NCBI GenBank assembly: GCA_035649635.1
Contig: DASRJE010000208.1
Location: forward strand, 1-64,000
Direction of reading: 5' to 3'
Length of the DNA: 64,000 bases
Source of the DNA: Vicinamibacterales bacterium
GTDB lineage: Bacteria; Acidobacteriota; Vicinamibacteria; Vicinamibacterales; UBA2999
The notes under the pieces are model-generated. The model was not told the DNA's origin and did not search any database. It saw nothing but the letters and a program-made list of their open reading frames with translations. This document shows, in pieces, positions 51,879 through 61,151 of this stretch; position 1 is the first letter of the stretch, and each line of letters begins with the position of its first letter. The translations under genes were made by a program, and so were the position numbers.

Positions 51879-54377
51879 CTACTGCGTGCTCACTACCGCT
51901 TCTTTCACCCGCATCTGAAATTGTGCGCTGCGAGCGACACCGAGGACGAGCGAAGAGAATCGGTTGTTCTCACTCGCCACATCGCGGACGATCGAACGAA
52001 TCGCGGGCATATCTGAATACTCTACGCCTCGTCCGAGCGCGTAGGTCATCATCTTCTCGGTAAACATCCGCACGAACTGCGGCGAGTAACGCATGAGCGA
52101 CTCCCGCAGCCCGACCGGACCATCAACTTGTTGACCGTCGAAGAGTTGCACCGACGCGTCTATGGGGGTCCCGCCCTCGCCGCCCTGCTTCGTGCGCCAC
52201 TTGCCGTCGGCATCGAAGTTCTCGAGCGCGAACCCGATGGGGTCCATGATCTTGTGACACCCCGCGCATGGCGGGTTCTTCCGATGCATCGTCATCTGCT
52301 CACGAAGCGTCAGGATCTTGCCCGGGCCACCAGATGAGTCTTCGAGGGGCGGCACATTCGGCGGCGGCTCCGGCGGAGGAGTGCCGAGCAGATTCTCGAG
52401 CACCCACACGCCGCGCTTCACCGGTGAGGACCTGAAATTCTGCGTCCACGTCACGGCGAGAAAGCTTCCCTTCCCGAGCAGGCCGCGCCGGTAATCGAGA
52501 TCGGGCCCGAGAGTGACTCGTCTGAAATGTGATCCGTATACATTCGGGATGCCGTAGTGCCGGGCCAGGCGCTCGTTGACGAACGTGTGATCGGCCGTCA
52601 GAAGATCGAGAACGCTGCGATCCTCTCGCATGATGCTCTCGAAGAAGAGCTCTGTTTCCCGCCGGAAGCTCTGTCGCAACTCATCGTCCCAGTCAGGGTA
52701 GAAGATGCCGTCAGGTGAGGTCGCGTCGAGATTTCTCAGGTAGAGGAGTTGAGCAGCGAAGTTCTCGACCAGGGCTGACGAGCGTGGATCGCCGAGCATG
52801 CGCCGGACCTGTTGCTCCAGTGTCTTCGGATTGCTCAATCGTCCCTGACTCGCAACGGTAATCAGCTCGTCGTCCGGGATGCTGCTCCAGAGAAAGAACG
52901 AGAGTCGAGATGCGAGCTCGAGGTCGCTGATGCGATACGCACGGCCCGCAGGAATGTTGGCCGGTTCTTTCTCCGCGCGGACGAGGAAGCGCGGGCTCGC
53001 CAGCAGCCGTCGAAGCGCGAGCTCGATGCCGTCTTCGAACGTGCCGTCGCGCCGACCCTCGGCAAAGAACGCCATCAGCGGCTCGATATCCGGCGCGGCG
53101 GTCGGGCGACGATACGCACGACGCGAGAGCGTTGTCAGGATGTTCCTCGCGCACGATGTTTCGTCGGTCGCGACGCCCGGATGGCACGTAAGGACCTTGC
53201 GAAGGCTGCGTGAAGCAGTCGGACGGACAGGTGTGAAAGGACCCTGGATACGAAGGAAGCCGATCGCCGGGTAGTACTGCAGTTGCGGAATGCTGTTGTT
53301 CTCGAGCGACTTCCGGTCGTACTGCTTGATCATGTCCAGGCTGGGCCGATAGTTGGTCGCCACGAAAGTAGCGCCCACCATTCGTGACCCCGCCTTCACC
53401 GGGACGGTGACCTCCAGGACGCCATCACCAGCGTCGCCCGCCATGCCTTGACTCGTGCCTACTCCTTCGTACCTGAAGAAATGCGCTCGCTCGCCATCGA
53501 TGACGAGCTCGAGCCGCTCCCCCGGGATGAAGCTGCCGATGCCGAAGTTCTGGATCGAGAACTTGTATTCACCGTCGGCAGGGAAGTTGTGCCTGACGAG
53601 CATTCCGCCACGGGTACCGAAGGGCAGTCCTTCGAGGTGATGGTTCTGTGACGTGTCGCCGGGCGCGAGGTAGGTCGCTTCAGTCGGTGTCTTCCAGTAC
53701 CCGACCGCCATACGCGCGACTCGTGTCGCCGCGGTCGTGTAAGCCTCGAGCAGTGTGGGCGAGATCGTAAGCGACCCGGCGACGTTGTCGAATCCGCGCG
53801 CTGAATCGTCCGGCGGGAGCAACGTCGCGACATCGATCTCGAGGCCGAGGAGGTCGCGAATCGCATTCGCGTATTCGGTTCGGTTCAGGCGATGCAGAAC
53901 GACGGCGCCAGGATTCGCGCGTGGCGTCGCCTTGCGATCGATCTCCGTCTCGAGCCATTCCCTGAGGCCCTCGTACTCGGCGAGCGGCGGACGCCTGACG
54001 TCGGGGGGAGGCATGACGCCGGCGCGAAGCTTGCGGATGACCTTCTCCCATAACTCGGGATGATCGCCGACGGTCGCGAGGTCCAGCTTTTCAAGTGAAA
54101 GGTTCGCGGTCTTCAGCCGATCGTTGTGGCAGGTCACGCAGTACTGATCGAGAAGCGCGCGTTGGTCCGCCGCTCGCGCTGATGGCGGAGTCGTCGAGGA
54201 TTGCGAATCCGGCGTCGCTGCCTGGCTGCTCGCGAGCAGCGCGTACGCAAAGGCAAACGCGCATGCGCCGGCAGTCAGCCGTCGCACCCAGGCAACCTGA
54301 CATGTCACAGAGCGGAGGATACGCTGAAAGACGCAGTGATTCCACTGCGCAGTTCTGAGAAGGAGTCGGACGCCCAT
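51879..54377 (-). CDS. DUF1587/1592/1595/1588/1585-family large secreted protein with N-terminal CxxCH
   Basis: N-terminal heme-like motif QYCVTCHNDRLKTANLSLEKLDL. Size of about 830 aa. Adjacency to a DUF1552 gene fits the known pairing. Start uncertain; the ORF extends to 54506. Confidence 0.65.
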   Translation of the reverse strand: MGVRLLLRTAQWNHCVFQRILRSVTCQVAWVRRLTAGACAFAFAYALLASSQAATPDSQSSTTPPSARAADQRALLDQYCVTCHNDRLKTANLSLEKLDLATVGDHPELWEKVIRKLRAGVMPPPDVRRPPLAEYEGLREWLETEIDRKATPRANPGAVVLHRLNRTEYANAIRDLLGLEIDVATLLPPDDSARGFDNVAGSLTISPTLLEAYTTAATRVARMAVGYWKTPTEATYLAPGDTSQNHHLEGLPFGTRGGMLVRHNFPADGEYKFSIQNFGIGSFIPGERLELVIDGERAHFFRYEGVGTSQGMAGDAGDGVLEVTVPVKAGSRMVGATFVATNYRPSLDMIKQYDRKSLENNSIPQLQYYPAIGFLRIQGPFTPVRPTASRSLRKVLTCHPGVATDETSCARNILTTLSRRAYRRPTAAPDIEPLMAFFAEGRRDGTFEDGIELALRRLLASPRFLVRAEKEPANIPAGRAYRISDLELASRLSFFLWSSIPDDELITVASQGRLSNPKTLEQQVRRMLGDPRSSALVENFAAQLLYLRNLDATSPDGIFYPDWDDELRQSFRRETELFFESIMREDRSVLDLLTADHTFVNERLARHYGIPNVYGSHFRRVTLGPDLDYRRGLLGKGSFLAVTWTQNFRSSPVKRGVWVLENLLGTPPPEPPPNVPPLEDSSGGPGKILTLREQMTMHRKNPPCAGCHKIMDPIGFALENFDADGKWRTKQGGEGGTPIDASVQLFDGQQVDGPVGLRESLMRYSPQFVRMFTEKMMTYALGRGVEYSDMPAIRSIVRDVASENNRFSSLVLGVARSAQFQMRVKEAVVSTQ

Positions 54378-54393
54378 CTCTACCGTGACAATC

Positions 54394-55155
54394 TTAAAAC
54401 CAGGTCCTGATTCCGATCGCCAGCCGCGCCCCTGCTGGCGTCTCGCCGGCCGCCTCCGCGAGGTCGGCTGTGCGAAAGAACTTGCGGCTCCAGACCAGCC
54501 CGACATATGGCGCCATCTCGCGCCGAATCTCGTAGCGAAGTCTCAATCCCAGGTCGAGCGTCGCGAGTCCGGCACCGTATCGATGTTCCGGATCGGCCTT
54601 GCCGTAGATTTCTGTTTCCAGTAGCGGCTGCAGCACCAGGCGATTGGTGAGCAGCAGGTCATACTCGGTCTCGACGCGGAAGTGCGTGCGTCCGGCTGCA
54701 CCGATGTACGCCGTCGCCTGGACGTCGAACCAGTACGGCGCGATGCCCTGAATCCCTGCAGCCGCCCATGTCTGAGCCGGACCGGGCCGCACGTCCTGAC
54801 GAACGCCGGCGACGATGTCCCACCACCGCGCGATCGAGCGTCCGAAAAGCACGTGCGTCTGTGTGGCGGCAAAGCTCGCATCCCTGACATCGCCTTCAGT
54901 TCTGATCCAGAAGCGATTTCGATCGCCGCCCACCCAGCCCTTCGTGTCCCACGCGCCGCTGTCCCCGCCGTCGAGGCTCTGCCACTCGAGTTGGTCGAAC
55001 AGGAGGAAGTAGTTCACCGCCGTGTCGTGAGCAGCATGTCCCTCGACGTCCGGGAAGGCGGCCGCTCGGTCGGCATCAGTAACCGGCGGCGGCTCTTGCC
55101 CGCGCGCGAGCGCCGGGCAAAAGACAACGAGGAGAAGCGCTATGAGGGGGCGCAT
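54394..55155 (-). CDS. copB: Copper resistance protein B (CopB/PcoB outer-membrane protein)
   Basis: Start MRPLIALLLVVFCPALARGQ (signal). CopB-family segments DQLEWQSLDGGDSGAWDTKGWVGGDRNRFWIRTEG and a C-terminal beta-barrel ending ...AIGIRTWF. Confidence 0.75.
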   Translation of the reverse strand: MRPLIALLLVVFCPALARGQEPPPVTDADRAAAFPDVEGHAAHDTAVNYFLLFDQLEWQSLDGGDSGAWDTKGWVGGDRNRFWIRTEGDVRDASFAATQTHVLFGRSIARWWDIVAGVRQDVRPGPAQTWAAAGIQGIAPYWFDVQATAYIGAAGRTHFRVETEYDLLLTNRLVLQPLLETEIYGKADPEHRYGAGLATLDLGLRLRYEIRREMAPYVGLVWSRKFFRTADLAEAAGETPAGARLAIGIRTWF

Positions 55156-56924
55156 CACGTTGCTCCCTCCTCTACCCGAACCTCGCGCATCATGCCGGCT
55201 TCCATGTGGAAGAGCAGATGACAGTGGTAGGCCCAGCGCCCGAGTGCGTCGGCGGTGACGCGATAGCTGCGCTTCGTACCGGGCGGCATGTCCACCGTGT
55301 GTTTCCGCACGAGGAACGCCCCGGTGTCGTCTTCGACATCGCTCCACATGCCGTGCAGGTGAATCGGGTGCGCCATCATCGAGTCGTTGACGAGGACGAT
55401 GCGCAGGCGCTCGCCGTAGGTGAAGCGAATGGGTTCGGCGCTCGAGAACTTGACTCCGTTGAAGGACCAGGCGAATCGCTCCATGTGCCCGGTGAGATGG
55501 AGCTCGATCGTGCGCCCTGGATCGCGGCCGTCAGGATCGTCGAACAGGCTTCTCAGGTCGGCGTAGGTCAACACGCGCCGGCCGTTGTTGCGGAGTCCGA
55601 TACCGGGGTCGTCGAGGCGTGATACCGGCATCATCGCCTGCATGTCGACGAGCGGGTTCCTCTCCTCCGTATCGGGGTGCGATTGCGCGGCCGCCGGCAT
55701 GTGATGCCCGGCGTGCGGATCGGGCTGCGTTGGCGGCGCACTGTGTCCGGCGTGTGCGTCAGACGTAGTGTCCGGCGTCAGCCGGACCTCATGTCCCATG
55801 TCGCTCATCGTTAGAAGCGGTCGTGGATCCAAATCTGGGACAGGCGCGCTCAGGCCTTCTGTGACCGCGAGCGTGCCGCGTGCATAGCCCGTGCGATCGA
55901 GCGATTGCGCAAAAATCGTGAACGCCTCCTGGCCCGACGGTTCGACGATGACGTCGATCGTCTCCGCAACGGCGATGCGGAACTCGTCGACAGTGATTGG
56001 GTGCACGTACTGGCCGTCGACTGCGACGACCGTCATCTTCAAGCCCGGGATGCGCACGTCGAAGTGCGTCATCGCCGACCCGTTAATCACTCTGAGCCGC
56101 ACGCGCTCGCCCGAACCGAACAGTCCCGTCCAGTTGCCGGACGGCGCCGTGCCGTTCATCAGATACGTGTAGGTGGCGCCGCTGACGTCGGCGAGATCGG
56201 TGGCGTTCATTCGCATCTCGCCCCACGCCTTGCGATCGGCGAGCGTGCGCGAGAGGCCGAGTTCGCGGACGTCGCGAAAGAAGTCGCCGACGGTGCGCCG
56301 GTGATAGTTGTAGTAGTCGGACTGCTTCTTGAGTTTGGCGAACACGCGCTCGGGGCTCTCGTCGGTCCAGTCCGACAGCATCACCACGTGCTCACGGTCG
56401 TAGCGAAATGGCTCCGGCTCGCGTGGCTCGATCACGAGCGGGCCATAGAGGCCGATTTGTTCCTGGAATGCCGAGTGGCTGTGGTACCAGTAGGTCCCGG
56501 CCTGCCGGACGTGAAATCGATACGTATACGTCTGCCCGGGCGAGATGCCGTGGAAGCTCAGGCCCGGGACACCATCCATGTTGGCCGGCAGCACGATGCC
56601 GTGCCAATGGATCGACGCCTGCTGCGAGCGAAGCGTGTTGGTCACGCGCAGCGTGACGGTGTCGCCCTCTTTCCATCGCAACGTTGGCGCTGGTAGTGCA
56701 CCGTTCACCGTGTGTGCGACCTTCGGTGCGCCGGTGAAGTTGACGAGTGACTCGCCGATGCGAAGATCGAAGTCTGCACCGGAAAGCGATCCGCCGCGTC
56801 GCGCTGCTTCGGTCTGCGCCCAGGCGGAGTCATGCCAGAGTCCCAGGCCAACGACTACTCCGCCTCCGGCCAGGCCTTTGACAAACGTGCGTCGAGATAA
56901 ATGAGCGTCGAGATGTGCGTCCAT
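55155..56924 (-). CDS. copA: Multicopper oxidase CopA/PcoA (Tat-exported)
   Basis: ORF 55155..56924 (-), 589 aa. Tat motif SRRTFVKGLAGGG. Copper-site motifs HWHG, HSH and ...HCHLLFHMEAGMM. A Met/His-rich loop is present. The TGA overlaps the copB ATG (ATGA). Confidence 0.85.
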   Translation of the reverse strand: MDAHLDAHLSRRTFVKGLAGGGVVVGLGLWHDSAWAQTEAARRGGSLSGADFDLRIGESLVNFTGAPKVAHTVNGALPAPTLRWKEGDTVTLRVTNTLRSQQASIHWHGIVLPANMDGVPGLSFHGISPGQTYTYRFHVRQAGTYWYHSHSAFQEQIGLYGPLVIEPREPEPFRYDREHVVMLSDWTDESPERVFAKLKKQSDYYNYHRRTVGDFFRDVRELGLSRTLADRKAWGEMRMNATDLADVSGATYTYLMNGTAPSGNWTGLFGSGERVRLRVINGSAMTHFDVRIPGLKMTVVAVDGQYVHPITVDEFRIAVAETIDVIVEPSGQEAFTIFAQSLDRTGYARGTLAVTEGLSAPVPDLDPRPLLTMSDMGHEVRLTPDTTSDAHAGHSAPPTQPDPHAGHHMPAAAQSHPDTEERNPLVDMQAMMPVSRLDDPGIGLRNNGRRVLTYADLRSLFDDPDGRDPGRTIELHLTGHMERFAWSFNGVKFSSAEPIRFTYGERLRIVLVNDSMMAHPIHLHGMWSDVEDDTGAFLVRKHTVDMPPGTKRSYRVTADALGRWAYHCHLLFHMEAGMMREVRVEEGAT

Positions 56925-56996
56925 GATCGAACCCCTCGCGGTGATGTCCTCGTGGACACCACCGCACGTAAAGAAGCGGCCGGCTTCAGGACGCGA

Positions 56997-57362
56997 TCAG
57001 ATGCGGAGGGGGAGACGCTGAACGATCTGGAATGAGCCACCAGGTGGAGCAGCGCCGTGTCGATCAGCGCGTGCGGACATACGCTGCGGCGACGTCGGAG
57101 CACTGGTGTCAACGAAGAGAGCGATCGCCGATGACACTTTGCCGTCGAAGCGGGCGACGGCCACGAACGCAGCAAGAGCGGCGAGGTCACGGCAACAGGC
57201 CGGTTGGTACGCCGCATTCATCGTAGTACCCGTCGTTGCGGCGCCGGGATGCGCCATGGCTCCATGATGGCTGTGGTTTGACGATGCCGCTCCTTCCGAG
57301 TGGCCGTGCATCGCGCCTGAATGTGAGCAGGCGAGCGCGCACGTCAGCGACACGGTAGGCAT
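56997..57362 (-). CDS. Possible small His-rich membrane/metal-binding protein upstream of copA (very uncertain)
   Basis: Part of ORF 56997..57677. A hydrophobic segment VTGVVLAVILAGMPTVSLTCALAC is followed by His-rich GAMHGHSEGAASSNHSHHGAMAHPG. No convincing start or RBS; may be non-coding. Confidence 0.2.
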   Translation of the reverse strand: MPTVSLTCALACSHSGAMHGHSEGAASSNHSHHGAMAHPGAATTGTTMNAAYQPACCRDLAALAAFVAVARFDGKVSSAIALFVDTSAPTSPQRMSARADRHGAAPPGGSFQIVQRLPLRI

Positions 57363-57502
57363 TCCCGCGAGGATGACAGCCAGTACGACACCGGTGACTC
57401 GAGTGTGCCAACTAGCCAAGGGCCACAATTCGCGCTTGGGCTCGCACAACGGGCTAGTCACCAGACCAGTATAGCGCCGCGGCGTGAGCGGATCGGACGG
57501 GC

Positions 57503-57940
57503 TTACAAGCGCTTGATGAATCGCTGCCCGGTCGCCGTATACCCGATGCGTTGGTAGAACTTGTGCGCGTCGACGCGATGGTTGCCGCTTGTAAGGATCA
57601 CACTGTGTACCCCGCGGCCCCTGCACCAGCTCTCCATGTGCTCCATCAGGATCCTGCCAACACCGTGCCGTCGGCAACGGCTGTCGACGACGAGGCCCGT
57701 GATCCGCGCGTAAGGGTCGTTGATCTCGAGACCCTGCCCGATCTGCGCGGCGACCAGTCCGACGATGTCCCCGGATACTTCCGCGACGACCAACACGTGT
57801 TCCGGATGTGCCAGCAGCCGCTCGAGGCGGAGATTCATATCGTCTGCCGTCGTCTGATAACCCAATTGCGCGACGAGCGCAGCGATCCTTTCGGCATCAG
57901 ACAACGTGGCGCTGCGAAGGTGAATGTGATTCGAGGACAT
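57503..57940 (-). CDS. GNAT family N-acetyltransferase
   Basis: Start MSSNHIHLRSATLSDAERIAAL. GNAT motif A VDSRCRRHGVGRILMEHMESW. Confidence 0.7.
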   Translation of the reverse strand: MSSNHIHLRSATLSDAERIAALVAQLGYQTTADDMNLRLERLLAHPEHVLVVAEVSGDIVGLVAAQIGQGLEINDPYARITGLVVDSRCRRHGVGRILMEHMESWCRGRGVHSVILTSGNHRVDAHKFYQRIGYTATGQRFIKRL

Positions 57941-57968
57941 CTTTTGAGACCGTCCCTCACGTCGGCCC

Positions 57969-58403
57969 TTATGCGCGATCCGAATAGACAGTCTCCTCGG
58001 GGACATCCGTCGGGCTTTCGAAATCGATCCGATAGCCGTCCGGATCGACGAACGAGGTGACCCACAATCCATTGCCGACGTACGGGCGAGCAGGTGTCAG
58101 GCCTCGCGTCATCGCGTCGTGATAGATCGCGATCGCGTCGGCACATATGAAACAGATGGAGACCCCCTGGCCAAGCGGTCCCGCCGGACGACCGCCGGGC
58201 TTTCCGTCTTTCCAGTACTCCTGGAGCATCAACGCCGCGGTACCAAGTTCGAGCCAGCACCACCGGATTCGGCCTTCGGGCGTCCACCGCTGCTTCAGCG
58301 TGAATCCGAGGCCGTCGGCGTAGAAGCTCAGAGAGGCGTCGATGTTGGTGACACCCAGGAACGGCACCGCTTGTCTGACGTTGGGACTGACTGTGTCGCT
58401 CAT
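57969..58403 (-). CDS. VOC/glyoxalase-bleomycin resistance family protein
   Basis: ORF 57969..58403 (-), 144 aa. VOC paired beta-alpha-beta-beta-beta modules: VPFLGVTNIDASLSFYADGLGF and ICFICADAIAIYHDAMTRG. Confidence 0.7.
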   Translation of the reverse strand: MSDTVSPNVRQAVPFLGVTNIDASLSFYADGLGFTLKQRWTPEGRIRWCWLELGTAALMLQEYWKDGKPGGRPAGPLGQGVSICFICADAIAIYHDAMTRGLTPARPYVGNGLWVTSFVDPDGYRIDFESPTDVPEETVYSDRA

Positions 58404-58412
58404 TGCGGTGCG

Positions 58413-58841
58413 CTAACCGAGCGAATCCGACGACAAGCGCTTCGCGCGATCGAGAAATACGCGAGCAGGGTGCGTTGCGAGCATCGCAGCAGCTTCGCTG
58501 AACGACGTCCACCGGCGCTCACGGAATCCGGCCTCCTGCCACGTGGGATGCTGCTTGAGCACTTCCATCAGATAGACGGCAACCTCAAACGTCAGATCCC
58601 ACTTGTCGTACTCGTATGTTCCCAGCGACACACCAACCAGGCGGCCGGAAATCCCTGCTTCTTCCCACGCCTCCTTGAGCGCGGTCTCTTCGTGTGTGTC
58701 GCCCGGGTCGACGGAGCCTTTCGGAATGCCCCAACTGGTCGATCCTTTTCTGCGAATGAGGCACACCTCGAGGTCGCTGCTCTTCTTTCGCACCGGAATG
58801 GCCGCGGCCTGTTGAGGCAGAACGAATGAATTGTTGCGCAC
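58413..58841 (-). CDS. NUDIX hydrolase
   Basis: ORF 58413..58841 (-), 142 aa. Nudix box GIPKGSVDPGDTHEETALKEAWEEAGI (GX5EX7REUXEEXGU pattern). Confidence 0.75.
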   Translation of the reverse strand: MRNNSFVLPQQAAAIPVRKKSSDLEVCLIRRKGSTSWGIPKGSVDPGDTHEETALKEAWEEAGISGRLVGVSLGTYEYDKWDLTFEVAVYLMEVLKQHPTWQEAGFRERRWTSFSEAAAMLATHPARVFLDRAKRLSSDSLG

Positions 58842-58850
58842 GATCGCATG

Positions 58851-59651
58851 TTAGCCCGCCAAAGTCACATCGGCTGCTACAAATGGCCGCGGATCTTTCA
58901 GTCGTTTCCACAGGAACGCCACGTAAGCGGCCCGGCGTCGCCGCCTCCCTTCGGCCGCCTGTTCCGACAAGAAGTCATCTGGCACTGCCGCCAGCGCCGA
59001 CTCGAGGGTTCGTCGATCGAGTCGCGCTGCGAGCGCCCCATCCACCCGCGCTAGTTGCGTCGCGCGAGAGCACAACACATGGTCACGAGCCTGCCACGCG
59101 AGCGTCCGCGGTGAGTCTTCCGTAACCAGCGTCCAATCATGGTGGAATCCGAGGCTCGCGCCGTGATCAATCAGCCACAACTGTCCATGTGACCACAACA
59201 GGTTCGGGTTCTTCAGCGTTCGATCGCGGTTTTGGATCAGGCCATCGAGCCACACGATCCGCGAGGCCAGTTCCTCGTCGACCCTCGTTACATCGTCGCG
59301 CTGAAAGCTGCGCACATCTGGCAGGCGCTGGAAGCCGAGATTGCGGCCGGTGCTCGACCGCAGCAGTTGGACGAGCTCCCAGTGCCGGTCATCGACGACG
59401 ACGTCGGGTGGAATCTCGATGAGCACGCGGGCAGGAACCGGCAATTCGAGCGCGTCGGCCAGGGCGCCCACGACGATCTCCGCGACGAGACTCGCGGGCG
59501 CCTGAGCGGCGCCACGAAGCTTCGTGTAGAAGACGCCGGCATCCGTCTCGACCAACACCGGCCACGAGCTGCCGCTGCTATCGGCGTGAAGTACACGCCG
59601 AGCTCGATACGTCTCCATCATCTCGCGTTGTGCGGGGTCAGACGGTGACAA
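58851..59651 (-). CDS. HipA-like (CtkA/HipA C-terminal domain) putative Ser/Thr kinase, short form
   Basis: 266 aa. Catalytic-loop-like NRDRTLKNPNLLW and DxG-like LIDHGASLGF resemble HipA_C motifs. No HipB-like partner nearby. Confidence 0.55.
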   Translation of the reverse strand: MSPSDPAQREMMETYRARRVLHADSSGSSWPVLVETDAGVFYTKLRGAAQAPASLVAEIVVGALADALELPVPARVLIEIPPDVVVDDRHWELVQLLRSSTGRNLGFQRLPDVRSFQRDDVTRVDEELASRIVWLDGLIQNRDRTLKNPNLLWSHGQLWLIDHGASLGFHHDWTLVTEDSPRTLAWQARDHVLCSRATQLARVDGALAARLDRRTLESALAAVPDDFLSEQAAEGRRRRRAAYVAFLWKRLKDPRPFVAADVTLAG

Positions 59652-59672
59652 CGAAAGGCCAGCCGCGTTTCG

Positions 59673-60926
59673 TTACAAGGATACAAAAAGCCAGATTGAA
59701 CCGGCGAACAGCGTCGCCAGCGTGAGCGGCACACCAACGCGGAAATATTCGCGAAATCCGACGTGCACGCCCTCAGCCGCGGCGCGCTCGACGACGATGA
59801 TGTTAGCAATGGACCCGGTGATCGTCAGATTCCCCGCCAACGTCGAGGCCAGCGCCAGCGTCATCCAGCCGGCATGCGGATCGGGGAAGTTGACGACCAG
59901 TGTACGCAGCAACATGACAGCGGGAACGTTGCTGACCACGTTCGAAAGCGCGGCCGTGAGCGGAACGAAGACCCCCATCTGATGCAAGTCCCACCGCGCG
60001 AACGGTTGAAGCAGGCGAGCAGTCAAACCCGCGCGCTCCGCACCGGCGACGATGATGAACAGACCGACGAAGAATACCAGGAGCCCCCAATCCACTTCGT
60101 CATATACCTTCCGCGGCTCAACCGTACGCGTGATGAGCAGGAGAGCCGCGCCAATCGCCGCCATCATGGCCGCGGGTATTCCGATCAGGAATCCGCTGAG
60201 CACGATGGCGAGCACGATCACCGGCTTCTTCCGCATTGGTTCGTATTGAAATTCAGGAGCGGACAGCGCTTCCGAGACGCTGACCCGATCGATCGGCCCG
60301 CGGAGGTAGATCCAATGAATCAAGAGCCAGTTCAGACACAGCCCGGCGATGGCGACCGGGCCGAGATGCGCGATGAATTCCAGATACGTGATGCCGGACT
60401 GCGACCCGATCAGCATGTTCTGCGGATTGCCGGTGATCGTCGCCACGCTGCCGATGTTTGACGCGGTGGCCACGGCGATGACGTACGGTACTGCCGGCAC
60501 CTTGAGCCGCTGCGTCATGTGCACAACGAACGGCGTCATGACCAGGCAGACGATGTCGTTGACGAGAAATGCCGAGAGCACGCCAGTCGTGAAGATGACC
60601 GTCGGAAGCAGGTGATGGGGATGGAGCCGCTCGATCGCCCACTCGGCGATTCGCTCGAAGAAGCCGCCGACGCGCAGATTGGCAACGACCAGCATCATCG
60701 AGAAGAGCAGGACGATGGTGGCGAAGTCGATTGACTGAAGCGCCTCCTGTGGCCCGACAATGCGGAAGGCGACCATGAGGACGGCGCCGATGATGGCGGC
60801 GCCGGGTCGATCGATCTTCATCCACGGAAACTTCCCGAGCGCGAATACGAAATAGCTGCCAACGAAGATCAGATAGGCGGCGAGAATCCGGGCATCCGAC
60901 AAGAGAAGAGGATTGATTGGCGGCAT
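59673..60926 (-). CDS. ArsB/NhaD-superfamily anion permease (CitMHS/ArsB-like)
   Basis: Start MPPINPLLLSDARILAAYLIFVGSYFVFALGKFPWMKIDRPGAAIIGAVLMV (ATG = complement 60924-60926). 417 aa, about 12 TM segments. The upstream ~260 aa of ORF 59673..61718 are spurious (antisense to crcB). Confidence 0.75.
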   Translation of the reverse strand: MPPINPLLLSDARILAAYLIFVGSYFVFALGKFPWMKIDRPGAAIIGAVLMVAFRIVGPQEALQSIDFATIVLLFSMMLVVANLRVGGFFERIAEWAIERLHPHHLLPTVIFTTGVLSAFLVNDIVCLVMTPFVVHMTQRLKVPAVPYVIAVATASNIGSVATITGNPQNMLIGSQSGITYLEFIAHLGPVAIAGLCLNWLLIHWIYLRGPIDRVSVSEALSAPEFQYEPMRKKPVIVLAIVLSGFLIGIPAAMMAAIGAALLLITRTVEPRKVYDEVDWGLLVFFVGLFIIVAGAERAGLTARLLQPFARWDLHQMGVFVPLTAALSNVVSNVPAVMLLRTLVVNFPDPHAGWMTLALASTLAGNLTITGSIANIIVVERAAAEGVHVGFREYFRVGVPLTLATLFAGSIWLFVSL

Positions 60927-60998
60927 CAGGCTTGGGGTCAGCCTCCGACGAATCGATTCAAGGGTCTGACCCGGCACACTCTTACTCGACACAGTGTC

Positions 60999-61027
60999 TT
61001 GACAGCAAGAGGGACGGGTCGTCACAC
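60999..61027 (+). promoter_or_regulatory. Candidate sigma70-type promoter for the riboswitch-crcB transcript (TTGACA -35, weak -10)
   Basis: Perfect TTGACA at 60999-61004, then a 17-bp spacer, then TCACAC at 61022-61027, which is a poor -10. Lies ~15 bp upstream of the riboswitch. Confidence 0.3.
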
Positions 61028-61042
61028 TCAGATACGACTCGT

Positions 61043-61116
61043 TGGCGGTGGGGTCCGCCTGCAACCGCCGTCGTAAGACACGACGGCCAATGACTCCTGC
61101 GACCGTCGCGGGAGTC
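61043..61116 (+). ncRNA. Fluoride riboswitch (crcB RNA motif) with downstream expression-platform hairpin
   Basis: GGCGGUGGGGUCCGCC-UGC-AACCGCCGUCGUAAGACACGACGGCC-AAUGACUCCUGC matches the conserved aptamer core (GGCGAUGGnGUUCGCC...AACnGCC...AAUGAcUCCUnC of known crcB motifs). GACUCC (61092-61097) can alternatively pair with GGAGUC (61111-61116). Lies 36 bp upstream of crcB. Confidence 0.75.
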
Positions 61117-61151
61117 TGTCCAGATGCCGCGGCGCCTCGAGGTGACGCGAC

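Noticed and set aside
56997-57677. Full 226-aa ORF upstream of copA
   Set aside because: The N-terminal two-thirds are Arg/Pro-rich with no features. Only the C-terminal His-rich 120 aa might be real, and even that is low confidence.
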